Positions 47,359 to 59,587 of a stretch of DNA of 64,000 bases are shown piece after piece; position 1 is the stretch's first letter, and each line of letters opens with the position of its first letter. The translations under genes and the position numbers were made by a program. Source of the DNA: an uncultured Nitrososphaerales archaeon (GTDB lineage Archaea; Thermoproteota; Nitrososphaeria; Nitrososphaerales; Nitrososphaeraceae); the NCBI GenBank assembly GCA_963713605.1, contig CAVQMO010000003.1, forward strand, positions 32,001 to 96,000. The letters run 5' to 3'. Under the pieces are notes generated by a model. The model ran no database searches, had not been told where the DNA came from, and saw only the letters and a program-made list of their open reading frames with translations.

Positions 47359-49061
47359 CTATTCTAATGATGCACTATTCTCAGCAGAGTTGTTTGCACT
47401 TGACCCATCATCTACATCTTCTGAATGTTGATTGTTGCTTTGTTCTGCAGAGTTATCGGATGAACCTGAGATATCTATATTGTTGCTAGCCTCATTAGAA
47501 GACTCTGAGTCATCTGATATGTTCTCGTTGCTCTGATTATTGTCTTGATCAATTTCGTTGTTATTCGCTGGTGTAACTTCACCTGATTCAAGGTCTTCTA
47601 TGCTTTCTATATTTGCATTGTTGGTACCTTCATTAGTAGCTGTAGAATCATCCTCTACATTCTCATTACTCTGTTCATTATCCTGGTTAATGTTATTGCT
47701 AGTTGCTGGTTCTATAAACCCTCCTACGACATTTAGAGAGTTTCCTGCGGTATTCCCACACTCTGAGCCATCAGTACATTCCTTATTTTCCTGCTGATTG
47801 TTTTGGTTTAGATTACTTTCTGAGGCAAAGACTGTGGAGTCGCCATTATTTGCTGCGGTATTCCCACACTCTGAGCCATCAGTACATTCCTTATTTTCCT
47901 GCTGATTGTTTTGGTTGAATGTAACGGCATTGGATTCGCCAAGGAAAGGTACATTATTATTCGCCTGATTGCCACATTCAGAATCATTAAAACATTCTTC
48001 ATTGCTTTGCTTATTGGTCTGTTTCAGGTGTGAGTCGAATGCGAATCCCAGAGTCCCGTCATTAGATGCTTGGTTGTTGCATTGCGTTCCATCTGCACAT
48101 TCTTCATTTTTCTGCTCATTGGTCTTTTCTGAGGAACTATCGAGCGCACCGAATACAGATCCTATGTTTTCAGCTTCATTACTGCAGTGCGTTCCATCTT
48201 TGCAATCTTTATTATCTTGTCGATTCTCCATATCAAGTCTACCGTTTCCCGTTTGAACGTCACCTAGGTTACTGGCTCCATTACTGCATTGAGTATATCG
48301 ATACAATCCTCATTGTTTTGCAAGTTCCTTTGTACCAGTGTTGCATCAAATGCGAATGTCGTGGCTCCTAAGTTGTCACCTTGGTTGTTGCATTGTGTTC
48401 CGTCTATACACCCTTCATTGGTCTGCTTATTTATCTGCGTGATACTACTTCTTTCGGAAAATATGTGTTCACCGAGATTAGATGCGGTATTTGAAGCAGT
48501 AGAATCATCCTTTGTATGTTCATTGGATTGCACATTAGCCTGATTAACTGCTGAATCAATAGTTCCCTCCATAGAAGCAAGGTTTCTTGCGACATTTATG
48601 GCCGTAGAGCCATCCTCTGTTTCTTCATTACTTGCCAGGTTGTCCTGGTCTATTAATCCGTTGTCAGAAGATGATATCACCGCAGCGTTGCCGACGTCAT
48701 TAGTACAATCCGTGTTATCTATGCAATCAGTGTTGCTCATATCATTAAACTGGTCTATGGTTGAATCGGTGGAAGAAGGAGGGATATGACCATCATTGCT
48801 AGCTAAATTAGTACAAACTGACTCATCAACACACCGTTCTACTAATTCTTCATTACGTTGGATTATCGTGTTTATCGCGTAAGCTTCATTGGATTGTGGA
48901 TTAGCGGCTCCGAGCATACTCATAACGGCTGCCGAAATAACAAAAATGTAGGCACCCGCGAATACCCTTTTTCTAGTTGACCATGCCGATCTCTTACATA
49001 TCTGAGTATGAGAAGAGGCGTCTAGCTTACTATTAATAGCATACTTCTTTATGACCACCAT
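47359..49061 (-). CDS. Secreted Asn/Gln/acidic repeat protein with paired Cys (frameshift near 48300)
   Basis: Signal/TM; ~34-36 aa repeats QxNxQxNEECxDxxxCxNxAxN; identical 64-bp copies at 47745-47808 and 47853-47916. Confidence 0.75.
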
Positions 49062-50137
49062 AAGTTAGTAGGTTGTCAGTACAACTTTTATTTAAGCAGG
49101 CCCAGATATTTGTTTTGACTTTTAACTTAATCCAGTGAATTTCTTGCATGAACGCTACTATGTGAGATAGCCTACTTAGAAAATACGCTTCCTAAGCCCA
49201 TCCTCACTGCGATGGTTTTCCAGCTCAACAAGTTTAGGACATTTGGATGTTTTTTGGTGCTACTCTCTCTTTAGTTCTTTAGTTTAAATCGTATATCATA
49301 CTACAAGATATGATCGTATATCTGAATTTTAGCTCTTAAGGAGCTCAAATTTTATTCATCTGAATATCGCCAATGCAAGGATTGTCTCTTACTAATTCAT
49401 TCAGACATTGGTTAACTTAAGCATGTGACCGACTTGGTAGCCTGTGAGCGATACCTACTGCAGGTAGTCATTTGAAGACTCTAAATTGAGTAAATTTCAT
49501 CAATTCTTGTAGGAGAGAGAATCGTCAAAATCTGTTGATTGGGGATAGGCCTCCTTGTTGGTATAAGTGCACTAGGCCCACATGATAGAGTGGACAGCGG
49601 GCTGTCAAAGAATTGAAGGAACAGTACAATTTCAAATAGGCCAGTTTATTGGTCCCCCTATAGCGAGCACCCTCCTTCTTCACTTTCAAACCTGAGCTAT
49701 ATGCTAAGTGCTTGGGATTTGGCGTATACTCCTCCTCTAATATCTCCTGTCTATTCTCTATCCCTAACTATCTGAAGGTATTTTCATCAATGCCTATACG
49801 CGTGGCTTCTGGGACTTTCTTCGCTGGGCATACAACTTCAATTTGATATTATATTATATTTTGCGTCAGATACGAAATTAAATGGTCCCGTTGCTGTGAA
49901 GTCAATTAATGATCCACTAAAGCGAATTTCGTGCTCACCAGCAGGAAGGGGCTTCAAAAGAATCCAAAAACCTTTAATTGTAGTAATAAGATTTACATTG
50001 TTCTCATCGTCGTTGCTGGCCCGTAAGGATCATATGATTCAAACTTTTTCGGATCTAGTCCAATTCAACCATGATACGTCATCTCATGCTTACATACAAC
50101 ATCTTTTTAAGAAGTGTGTAGCCGAAAATAAGCCATC

Positions 50138-50863
50138 GTGCAAAATGCTTCCGGAGCAACTTTCATCGTTAAAGAGATGGCAAAGCACCTTGGTAACTTG
50201 CTATTTGTGAATGGTGTATTCACATTCCTTGTTCGCAAAAGAACAAAATCAGGAGCAGAGTACAATATCAAGTTAATTGGACAGCCGACTAACTACTTTA
50301 AATTTAGCGCCGCCATCATCGGCATATCGTTTGCGGTTATTGCAATTTTAATTGTATATGTATTCACTCAAAACGTAATGATAGTAATTGCTGCTGTATT
50401 CATTTCTCTTGGGACGGGGCGACAGATCTTTGCCTCGGCGCTGGATGTCGTAACAACTAACCTGAACACCTTCTTGTCATCTTGGGCATCAACTCTTCTA
50501 TTGCTTGCAAAAAATAGGCTGATGGTGACGACGACAGATTGGCGTTCCATAGAAAGGCGAATCGAGCTGATACTCATGAGCAGGGGGCTTGGGTATAATT
50601 TGCCTGTTAAATTTGATGGGGTGAAACCAGAATCTCAGCAAATATTATTAGAGTATCTGGATGAGCATAAATGGGAGTTAGAGTATCAACAGCCTATTAC
50701 AGATGATGATTCTAGCTGCCTTGCATTTGTCCAATACGAAACTAAAAAGATGAAAGAGAAGTTGCAGATATATGATGATCTGGAAGAACTACAGGAAAGG
50801 AGTGGAGGCGTTAACGCAGTAATCCTGATAGCATTGGGAACGTTGATTTGGTTAGTTTCATAG
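50138..50863 (+). CDS. Membrane hypothetical protein
   Basis: 241 aa, 2-3 TM segments. Confidence 0.55.
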   Translation: MQNASGATFIVKEMAKHLGNLLFVNGVFTFLVRKRTKSGAEYNIKLIGQPTNYFKFSAAIIGISFAVIAILIVYVFTQNVMIVIAAVFISLGTGRQIFASALDVVTTNLNTFLSSWASTLLLLAKNRLMVTTTDWRSIERRIELILMSRGLGYNLPVKFDGVKPESQQILLEYLDEHKWELEYQQPITDDDSSCLAFVQYETKKMKEKLQIYDDLEELQERSGGVNAVILIALGTLIWLVS

Positions 50864-51255
50864 TTTTGGCACTACTGGCAGTTCTAAAAAGAGACTCAAT
50901 AGTAATAACATAAACCTAGCTATTATAGAAGGGCCAAACTATCGAATGTTAATACCAGAACTTTTGAAATAACCTTCGCATTTGGTGACAGGCAATCTTC
51001 CTTCTTTCGTCAAGCGCCTTGGTTTGGAAGTTCATAGTTGCATAGTGACAATCGAAACGAAGCAAGTGTCTCAACATGAGATGTTTGCTGCTTGTCTAAT
51101 CTCGTCATCTAATACCGCTGCCGTTCTTAAGGAGACTATCAACTTCCGAGCGGAGGTTATGAGAATTCATGATTCAAAATTTCACTTGTAACAAACATAA
51201 TGTACTAATGAAAATAACATTATGTTTTAGCATGTGTGTAGCAAAAAAATGCTAC

Positions 51256-52430
51256 TTAGTGCAGATAACTGACTTCCCAGATGGCAGGGGCGCTTGCTGT
51301 TTCGTTGGTTCCTTCCCACTGCACATTAAGTGTACCTGTGCCCGCTAACCGCATATATTCAGGGGTTCCGTAGATGGTTGCATTAGTATTAACAATGGTG
51401 GGGGGGTGTGCAATGATTGAAGGGTTAGTAAGAGTCAGAGTAGCTGAATTTGAGCCGTTCTTCCATTGTAAGGTCAATATTTCTGGGTATGTATGTACTC
51501 CTGAAGGAGAAGTAAAGTTTTTCCCTGATGTGTGCGCAGTAACGCCCTGCATAGTTTCGACCAAGACCTCACTTGGCCCATTTCCTTTGGCCAAATAGGC
51601 ATCCACGGTTTTCTGATGGTTAAATGGCGCTGAAGTGGTCAGTTCGAACATGTCTATAGTGTAGTTTCCATAATGACCAGTTGACCAGTACCAGCCGTCG
51701 TAGTCCTGGTTCCAGTTGACTGTTCCCCACTGCTTGTCTATATACCCTGTTCCCTGTATGCTGTGAGACTGGCCGCCGTAGGTCAAGTTACCATGAACTT
51801 TAGCAAATGGCATTGGATCATTCGTAGCGCTGAATCGTGTCAGCGATGAGTCGAAATACCACATACCACTGCCGCCAAATCTTGTGGGTGGAGCGGCAAT
51901 TTCGTAAACTGATATTAGCCCCTACTCCATTCTCCGTCGGTGGAACGTGCAAATTAATGGTATTCAAATCACCACGAGCCCAGATATCACCCATCGTTAC
52001 GTTCATTGTATCGCGTGCAGCCTTTGAATTGGGTAGCATCTACCTTCGTTTCCCCTCCTAAATGCGTGCCATTAGGAGTGGTAACGGCTATAGTGGCGTA
52101 GGGCTGAAGCGGCCCATTGTTGTCAACCCACGGCTTTACAAGTAATGTAATTTGGGTTGTTGAATTATCATCGAATTTTCCCTGAAAGTACCACCACTCA
52201 AATGTGCCTGGCATTGGATTGGTAGCCATGCCAGCATCTGATGGTTGCATCGTAGGTGCCTGTCCTTCGAATTTCCTATATTCTTGTGTGTCTCCTGTGA
52301 TTATCTTGTTCGTGTCATTTTTCGTAGTTGCATTCGTAGTTGCATTTGCGAAAGAAGTGTACGATGAAATGCTTATCACTCCTGACACTAGTACTGCTAC
52401 TGGTAACCATTTTGGTTGGAACGATCATAT
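51256..52430 (-). pseudogene. Secreted AttH/CrtC-like (lipocalin-fold) protein, frameshifted
   Basis: GTFEWWYFQGKFDD, GTGYIDKQWG, GWYWSTG motifs. Confidence 0.7.
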
Positions 52431-52738
52431 TACCTCCTCGAATAGGAGATAGTCCTTTTAGTTTGACCTTAAGAGAATTTTGATTATTTCTGTCTTTCGA
52501 CATTCGATTTTACTGGATTAACCTAGTATTTACATTTTTTTTAACAACGGTAGTGTGGTGCAACATTATCGTTAGCCTACATAGTGCACATTCAAAGTCA
52601 CTCCATAGGCAATGAAGTTGACCCGCGAAGTTTACGTCCTCTTTCCGAAGCCTTTTAAAGATTGGAGCAGCCTCTACACCTGCCTTATGACCGAGACAGA
52701 TCGTTATTGCCAGAGTTTTCTTCTGAACCGTCTAAGTT

Positions 52739-53062
52739 TCATTCCCCTTTACGCTCTAAAGGTAAGTCGGATTTGTTCCGCCGGAACGCGATCCAAATGC
52801 TAGATGCAACTAGGGAGAGAACGCAACCTATAAAAATGTTCTGGATCCTTTCTAAAGGTGCAGCTGTCGGGTCTGTTGTTGGGTATGAGATTTCATCAAA
52901 AAGAAGTAACGTAACGGTCATAAAGATGACAAAAAAGGCGTAAGTAGACGACCAATCGTAAAATGGTAAACCTTTCAGTAGCTCAAACTGCTTAGTTTCG
53001 ATACTACCTAGCTGCTGTTGGTCGTATTTATCCAGTATTTTTGATAAGTTCTGCAGAGTCAC
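52739..53062 (-). pseudogene. Chimera: TerL-like N-terminus fused to a FUSC-like membrane protein C-terminus
   Basis: MTLQNLSKILDKY..QFELLKGLPFY matches the 42358 start; followed by YAFFVIFMT...ERIQNIFIG. Confidence 0.6.
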
Positions 53063-53145
53063 TATTAACCAAACTCAATGAAATGTATTAGTTCTTAGAC
53101 TTATTAACATCATCATACCCTCCTTTTCTTAACTGGAAATGAGAA

Positions 53146-53583
53146 ATGACAGAAGAAGAACATCAACAGAAACAGAAACAACTTGAGCTAAACAAACGGA
53201 ACGTAATGGCCTTCTACGACTTGATGTTCAACCAGAACAAGCCAAGAGAAGCTATCGAAAGATATGCTGGAAAGGTTTACATTCAACACAACCCTGCTGT
53301 GCCTGAAGGTAAGGAAGCATTTATTGAGTATTTTGAAAGAATGGCCAGGGAGTATCCAAACAAACGTGTACACTTCAAACGTGTGATAGCTGAAGGAAAC
53401 TATGTAGTCTTGCATTGCTATCAGCAGTGGCCCGGCGACAGTAGTGATTGGGCGGGGATTGACATATTTCGATTAATTAAAGATGAAAATGCTAACGATA
53501 ACGGCGGTGGCAAGATTGTCGAACACTGGGATGTGCTTCAGAGGATACCTGATAGAAGTGCAAACGATAATACTATGTTCTGA
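53146..53583 (+). CDS. SnoaL-like/NTF2 family protein
   Basis: [40 protein letters not shown]. Confidence 0.9.
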   Translation: MTEEEHQQKQKQLELNKRNVMAFYDLMFNQNKPREAIERYAGKVYIQHNPAVPEGKEAFIEYFERMAREYPNKRVHFKRVIAEGNYVVLHCYQQWPGDSSDWAGIDIFRLIKDENANDNGGGKIVEHWDVLQRIPDRSANDNTMF

Positions 53584-53590
53584 TTCAGAT

Positions 53591-54082
53591 TCAAATAGTA
53601 CTGCTACTGCTGCTGTCCGATTTTTCATTGGTAATAGAAGTAGTATTAGTGTCTGTTAGTATTTCATTATTTTCAGTAGTCAAACCCATGTTCCTATTCC
53701 TGTCAACAAATTTCACTGCCCAATCTACTACAATAGCAGAAGACAAGAGGTCAAGCTTCATTTCATAGCATTCCTTTGCCAGTGACAAGGCTTGCATTCT
53801 TTCCCTCTTGTCTGAATCTGTTCCTGATGAAATGGCCCAGGCTTCTTGCAAGATGTCATTTAGTCCATCAAGGCAGTTCTCATATTCAGCTGGCAGATAA
53901 TCTTCTAGGTATTTTGAAATGTTGTCTTTTGTTTTTAACCTTAGGTGTTGCAAGTCTTCATTGACCAGAGCTAAGGATACCTTCAATGTGTCTGCGAGTC
54001 TTCTCTGAGTAAAGCCTTTAACAGAAAGCTCTTTTACTTTATCGCGTCGCCATTGAATTCTCTGTTCACTTTTTGCGCTCAA
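53591..54082 (-). CDS. HTH protein, putative terminase small subunit (copy 2)
   Basis: WRRDKVKELSVKGFTQRRLADTLKVS..VNEDL..LPAEYENCLDGL; paralogue of 42345-42810. Confidence 0.6.
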   Translation of the reverse strand: MSAKSEQRIQWRRDKVKELSVKGFTQRRLADTLKVSLALVNEDLQHLRLKTKDNISKYLEDYLPAEYENCLDGLNDILQEAWAISSGTDSDKRERMQALSLAKECYEMKLDLLSSAIVVDWAVKFVDRNRNMGLTTENNEILTDTNTTSITNEKSDSSSSSTI

Positions 54083-54202
54083 ATGTTCACCTCCTATCTA
54101 TTAATAATAATATTCACTTCGACTTAGCCGTTTTTCGGTTTGAATGTAAAAGCAGTCATAGCTGGTAAGAATTGCAACCTACAACAGTACCCTCCCTACT
54201 TT

Positions 54203-55177
54203 TTAGGGTAGGGCCGGCATGCATTCTGCTAGGGACGTGAAAGAATGAGCTATACTGTCAGGATTGAACATAATCACATACCATGAATCTTCGGTTCCGA
54301 ATTTTTCCTCTACGTATACCTGCAACATGTACGGTCCAGCGTAAGACATGAAGTATGCCCCTCCTACGACCCGTTCTCCGTCAAGGCAATCCGCAATTGA
54401 GGACCCAATGGTGTGGGGAGTTACAGAGACAGTTGGACCATTTCTTTCAATGACGGATGGAATGATTGAGCCGCTAGCTATCTTTGCAGTTGTAACAGCA
54501 CCATCAGCTATCTTTGGAGTTGTTATAGCATTATTTGCTATTGCATTCGTTCCAATTTGCTGTATCAAATATCCGGTAGATTGTGTTGGTCCGTCTATCA
54601 CGGCATTAGCAGCATTTCTAGTCGATACAGTAACATGGTACGCATTATTTGGAGTTATTGGGTTTACAATATTTGCGAACTCTAACCTTATCTTTGTCCC
54701 TACAGGTACGTTTACGGCATTGGTTATTGTATACGTTAAGGTTTGACCGGATTTACTTGTACGTACCTGTTAGTATGGTACAGTTACCGCCTGGCACGCA
54801 TTTCTCCGCCTCATTAAAACTAGCACTAGATGGTTACTGGTACCAGGTGGAAAAGTTACTTCTATTTTTTTGATTGTCCCAGTTGTAGCTGTCAGAAAAA
54901 CAACATCATAGAATGCTTTTCTGTTAACTATGTCATTTGTAGGTCTTGCACTGAGCGAGCCAATAGCTGCTTGAGTAGTAAAATCGCCATCTTTTCCCTC
55001 TTGGCTGATTGTCGAAGGTGCTGACGGGACTGTGCTGATGGTGGGCAAAGGTGAAGAAGAAACCGAATCTGTTCTCGCCATAGTTGTTGGGTTAGTAAAA
55101 ACAACCGTGGATGATATCATCATAAGCGGAATAATCAATATTAAGCCAAGCCTGCTGAATGACTCTCGTGTTATCAT
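54203..55177 (-). CDS. Secreted surface protein, paralogue C (frameshifts ~54750-54840)
   Basis: Same N-terminal domain and IDGPTQS hinge as paralogue A; unrelated C-terminal domain (ADCLDGERVVGG...AECMP). Confidence 0.7.
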
Positions 55178-55199
55178 GTATGTAGCAAAGATTTGACAA

Positions 55200-55416
55200 A
55201 TCCATCTTATCTGCGGTTAGAGACTCTTGTTACCCATATTAGTCATAGATTTCGTCTTGAACATTCAATGTATCCATTGATATATACTATTTAGACTAAT
55301 GCCAGAACTGCAATAACAACCTTAAAGCCTCAGATAAGACATCTCAATATTGCAGATCAACTATATTCATGACGTCCGCTAATCTGCTATATCCTAAAGT
55401 TATCTAATATGTCAGT
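55200..55416. repeat. Conserved non-coding block upstream of paralogue C
   Basis: Second copy of 40925-41126. Confidence 0.9.
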
Positions 55417-55722
55417 AGTCAGGCGATATTCACTGAATCTATGATGATGCATATCAGATATTGAAGAAGTGAAATATTTAAGGGATATTCGGACTCTTCA
55501 GTTTCTACTTCCTGTGCTATCATCGCAAGAGTCTTGTGATTGTTGATGATAGATTGTTCTTGAATGAAAGTCATGGGAGTCATGTTTAGAAAGTGATTTG
55601 ACTTGTGGGTTTTGGTATTCCCTGGCTGCAAGACAAACACTTTTTTTAATTTGCGTTTTTCTTCCTTTGCTTAATTTTCCGCTCGATTGATTGGACAATA
55701 TACAAGTTCCTGAACTACATTC

Positions 55723-56526
55723 TCAGGCGACAGTTCCTACCATCTGAGGATGAAGGGTACAGTGATAGGGGAACGTACCATACTGAACAAAGTTAAGAGT
55801 GAACGTGGCACCAGGACTTAAGATATTCGAATCAAAGACTTGTCCTGATCGTGCTGTCCCTGTGACAGTATGAATCTGGGTATCATAGTTGATCCATGTT
55901 ATTCCCGTCAGTATATTCACATATATCGGATTTGGTTGAAAGGCCTGATTACCTCTAGTTGCTGCGTTTGGCACAATTGATACTGGAATGGTCGGAGGCA
56001 TTAAAGTGAATGGTTGTTGTGGTATCGGTGGTGGTAGTGGTTGTTGTTGCAATGAAGGTGGTAGTGGTTGTTGTTGCAATGAAGGTGGTAGTGGTTGTTG
56101 TTGCAATGAAGGTGGTAGTGGTTGTTGTTGCAATGAAGGTGGTGATTGCAAAGGCGTTTGTGGTTGCTGCTGCAATGCAGTACTAGGTATCTCTACAGTA
56201 GTTCCATTTGCACTAGTACCATTAGTGCCATTGGTAGCCTGCATAGTCTGATTATCTGATGTACCGTTTGTTTGGTTGGAGACTGCACTATCACTAGATG
56301 TCGCATTAACTTCCTGAGGCTCGTCCTGAGTTTGGTTTATTACGTTGAGAAGACTGCTATTACTGCTTATTTGCTCCTGAGACGGTTGTAGAGTAGAGTT
56401 ACTTAGTTGCGCCAATGTGTATTTAATAATGGATAGTGGAATAGAGTCCGATTTGGTTGATTGAATGGTCGCTAAATAAACAAGAATACCCAGTATTACT
56501 ACTATCGTCATAGTAGTTTGATTCAA
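55723..56526 (-). CDS. Secreted cupredoxin/plastocyanin-domain protein with Pro/Gln linker
   Basis: WINYDTQIHTVT, FDSNIL, YHCTLHPQMVG type-1 Cu ligands. Confidence 0.9.
   Translation of the reverse strand: MNQTTMTIVVILGILVYLATIQSTKSDSIPLSIIKYTLAQLSNSTLQPSQEQISSNSSLLNVINQTQDEPQEVNATSSDSAVSNQTNGTSDNQTMQATNGTNGTSANGTTVEIPSTALQQQPQTPLQSPPSLQQQPLPPSLQQQPLPPSLQQQPLPPSLQQQPLPPPIPQQPFTLMPPTIPVSIVPNAATRGNQAFQPNPIYVNILTGITWINYDTQIHTVTGTARSGQVFDSNILSPGATFTLNFVQYGTFPYHCTLHPQMVGTVA
56030..56143. repeat. 27-bp perfect tandem repeat, 4 copies plus a partial (PPSLQQQPL)
   Basis: GGTGGTAGTGGTTGTTGTTGCAATGAA repeated. Confidence 0.95.
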
Positions 56527-59276
56527 ACTAAAATGTCCTGTACAGAGAAATATATAAGGTTTCTAGGCTGGATTAGGTATCCTGGTGGGTGTATTCGCAT
56601 TACTGGCCTGCAATAGTATTTGAAGAGTCTGCTAGTTCTTTGCTCAGCCTTGAATAACAATTCAGAAATTAGGCCTGCGGCCTTTGCAGTTTTTAGTTTA
56701 AAATCGTCATCGACTGTTACTATAACCTCTAGCCTTTCTTTAACCTCGTTATTCTTATCTTCTATTGTTTGTAGCTCTTTAGTACGTTCAAGCTCTTGCT
56801 CTATTACTTCCTTTGCGCCTTCCAGTAATTTATCAAGATGATCATTGATAGGTTTCAGTAATTTAACTTTTAATAGTTCGAGTTCTGTTATTGCATCCCT
56901 TACTTCTTGAGGATAAAACTCATCATTGTCTGGAATTGTTACAACTTCGTTTAGGTTGAATCCATCAGGAGAGAATTCCGGCAATTGCATCTGATGTAAA
57001 AGATATTCCCAGAATCCTTCACCACCAACCTTTTCTACAATGCTATCTAATTCTATACGGTGATCCTTCAGGTATTCGTCTGTAATTTGTGTGCCTGGTG
57101 GGGGTAGGTATTCTTCCTCAACGTCTTCCTCTTCTATATCAAACCCATTTTCCTGTAACCACTTTACCGTGTCTCTAGTAATGCCTATCCTTGGAGTTGG
57201 TGTCCTTGTCTCGTTGGATATATCGATACCAATACCGTCATAGTCGGTTAATGTCCAAACAATTGAACCTATCTTCTTTATCTCTTCTATTAGATCTTTA
57301 CCATATTCGGTAAGCCTTCCCTGTGTGTGGACCAATGCAATATGGTATTCTTGCGCAAAAGAGGCTAAGACGTCCGCTATTCCTTCTTTCTCGATTACAA
57401 GTATTGCAATCCCTTTATCTGCAAGTTGTTTAACATTGTCTATATCCACGGGATATGATTGACCATTGTAAAGCATAGTAGCCCTTGCAGACGCAACAAT
57501 TCCAAGTTGTTCTCTCGTTATGTTTTCGTCAGGCCATAATTCCTGACATGTCTTCATAATACTATTTTGTAGAGTTGATCTAGTGGTCCCCCAGTCCTTT
57601 GGAGGCTCAAATTTGTCCTCTATCATGATACGTCTAACGCGATAAAAAACACCTGATTGAGTAAGTCGATCGCCGGATCTTAATGATGGATCTGCTTCGA
57701 CTTTTTTGCGCCTATCTCGTAGGAAGTTTCTAAGATAGTCTATAGCTACTTTTCTTTCTTCATCTGGCTCACTCTTACTACTCTTACCGACGCCATAGCC
57801 GTGAAATGTCGGTATTTTTCCCATAACTTTACTTATGGTTTCTGCAATGGTACTTGCAAATGGATCTATTACGAGTGTTGATTTACCTTGGTCTCGCCAT
57901 TGTACCTTTGGAGTTAAAAGATTGGATACGATAACACATGGATGCGTTTTACTCGAGTCCCTTACACTATAGCCATACCAATAATCTAGAATGCCAGTCA
58001 TATTCCAGGCTTGGCAATCTTTGCCTTTCTTCCTAAAAGTGTAATACCCGTCGTAGAGACTCATACCTTTGTTGACTATGCTAACTGAATTATTAATAGC
58101 ACCGATGAATGTTGGACGGTTACTCCATATATCACTAAATGGTATAACCATGACCTCAAACACATATGGAAAATTTACTTTCCCATCTTCGGATATATGT
58201 CTAGAATGCGTAATTTTGTATTCTGCTTTATTTATTGGTTTGACTGGATATGTTGTTGCTATTCTCTTAAACAATGCGTCCTTCCTTAACTCGTCACTCT
58301 CCTTATCGCCCCCATATGGGTACTGAAAGGTTCTTCTTCGGTCTGCTGTGTTCCTTTAACTCTGTTAGTAGGCCCGTCTTTTCGATTGTAGATAATTCAT
58401 TTAGTTTCTTCTGTGTCCACTCCTTAGGTAACCATTTTAATTCTCTAAACCCTGTTAAAGCTGTAGAAACAAAGATAGACTGATCTGCGAGATTCTCGAT
58501 AAAGATTAGGAATTCATTGTCCGTATAGGCCCAGGCGGTGACCTCGTTCGTCCATGTATTTGATGCAATTGCATTGCTTGGAGTATTGATCTTCTCACCA
58601 TTGAAATCAAAGAAAAATCTGATGTGCGTAGAAAATAGCGAATAATTCAAACAATATTCTTTTAATTCATCTACGAGGTCAGTACCTTAGCCCATCTTTT
58701 GGAACCGAGATACTAACTTCCGTATAGGGTGCCTGATTTTGGGGTCTTGGCTCGGTATCTATTACCGCTTCCAGTTTGCTAGCAATAAATTTGCTAGTAT
58801 CGAGTGATATCTTGGATCGTTGTTTATTGTATGTAATTGTGAGTGGAGCGAGCTATCCCGTTGAAAACATGTCCCTTCTCATAAAGCATTGCATAAGGAA
58901 TTGATAATTTGGGTTTAGTTGCATCCCCTATTGCACCACGACCTATCCTAAATTTATTTTTCTTTGTACTTGTAAAGTATTCATAATTAACAATGTCACA
59001 GAGGTTTGTCTGAAGTGCAGTAGGATTATTATTTGGATTTGAATTTCTTACTGTAAAAATAAGGTCGGTGTCGTTTGTTTGAACAAATACACTGACTGTT
59101 CGCATATCACTGGCATTCAAGTACGTATTCTCAAGATAATCCGTCGCGTTATCCAGATCTTCCTTGGCAATGTAAAAATGGAAATGTGATGAAAAGGTGC
59201 CTATGTGTTCAGTCAAACCCTTAAGAGTCATATACCTTGACCAGCTCTGGCTTGACCTTGAAACTAGATCTTTCAT
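56523..59276 (-). CDS. Fused type IIB topoisomerase (Topo VIB-like plus VIA-like, Topo VIII-like), frameshifted
   Basis: GHKL: KEDLDNATDY, GRGAIGDATK, TEVSISVP, YSLFSTH; transducer region DQGKSTL; WHD TQSGVFY; Toprim LVIEKEG, TQGRL, LTDYDGIG, RIELDSI. Confidence 0.75.
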
Positions 59277-59587
59277 GGTTAGACGGGCATATGCATTTTT
59301 TGACGATTTCTAATGTCTTATCGACAAGTCGATCCTTACGAAATTCTTTCAGTATCGATGTCTTTATCTCCAAGTTTTACGATAAAGATATCAGTAGTAT
59401 GTACGCTAGGCATAAGGGATAACTTCTCCTCCTCCCTGGATGAAACTGTCGTAGACGAGACGTTCCTCGTTCAGGTAGCAGTGCTGATATTGATATAGAT
59501 TAGTCCAGCTACTATGAAAGCAAGTTTGCAAAGGACGTGGATGTGGTTGATTGGTCTCTACGACATCCAACTCCCCTTTCGTCACAG

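Noticed and set aside
35069..54082. Complete provirus
   Set aside because: No recognisable capsid, portal, protease or tail genes; all TerL-like copies are incomplete
56030..56143. Possible CRISPR array
   Set aside because: Contiguous 27-bp coding repeat without spacers; no cas genes seen
55988..56251. Metallothionein-like ORF with GCCC repeats
   Set aside because: Antisense shadow of the PPSLQQQPL repeat in the cupredoxin gene
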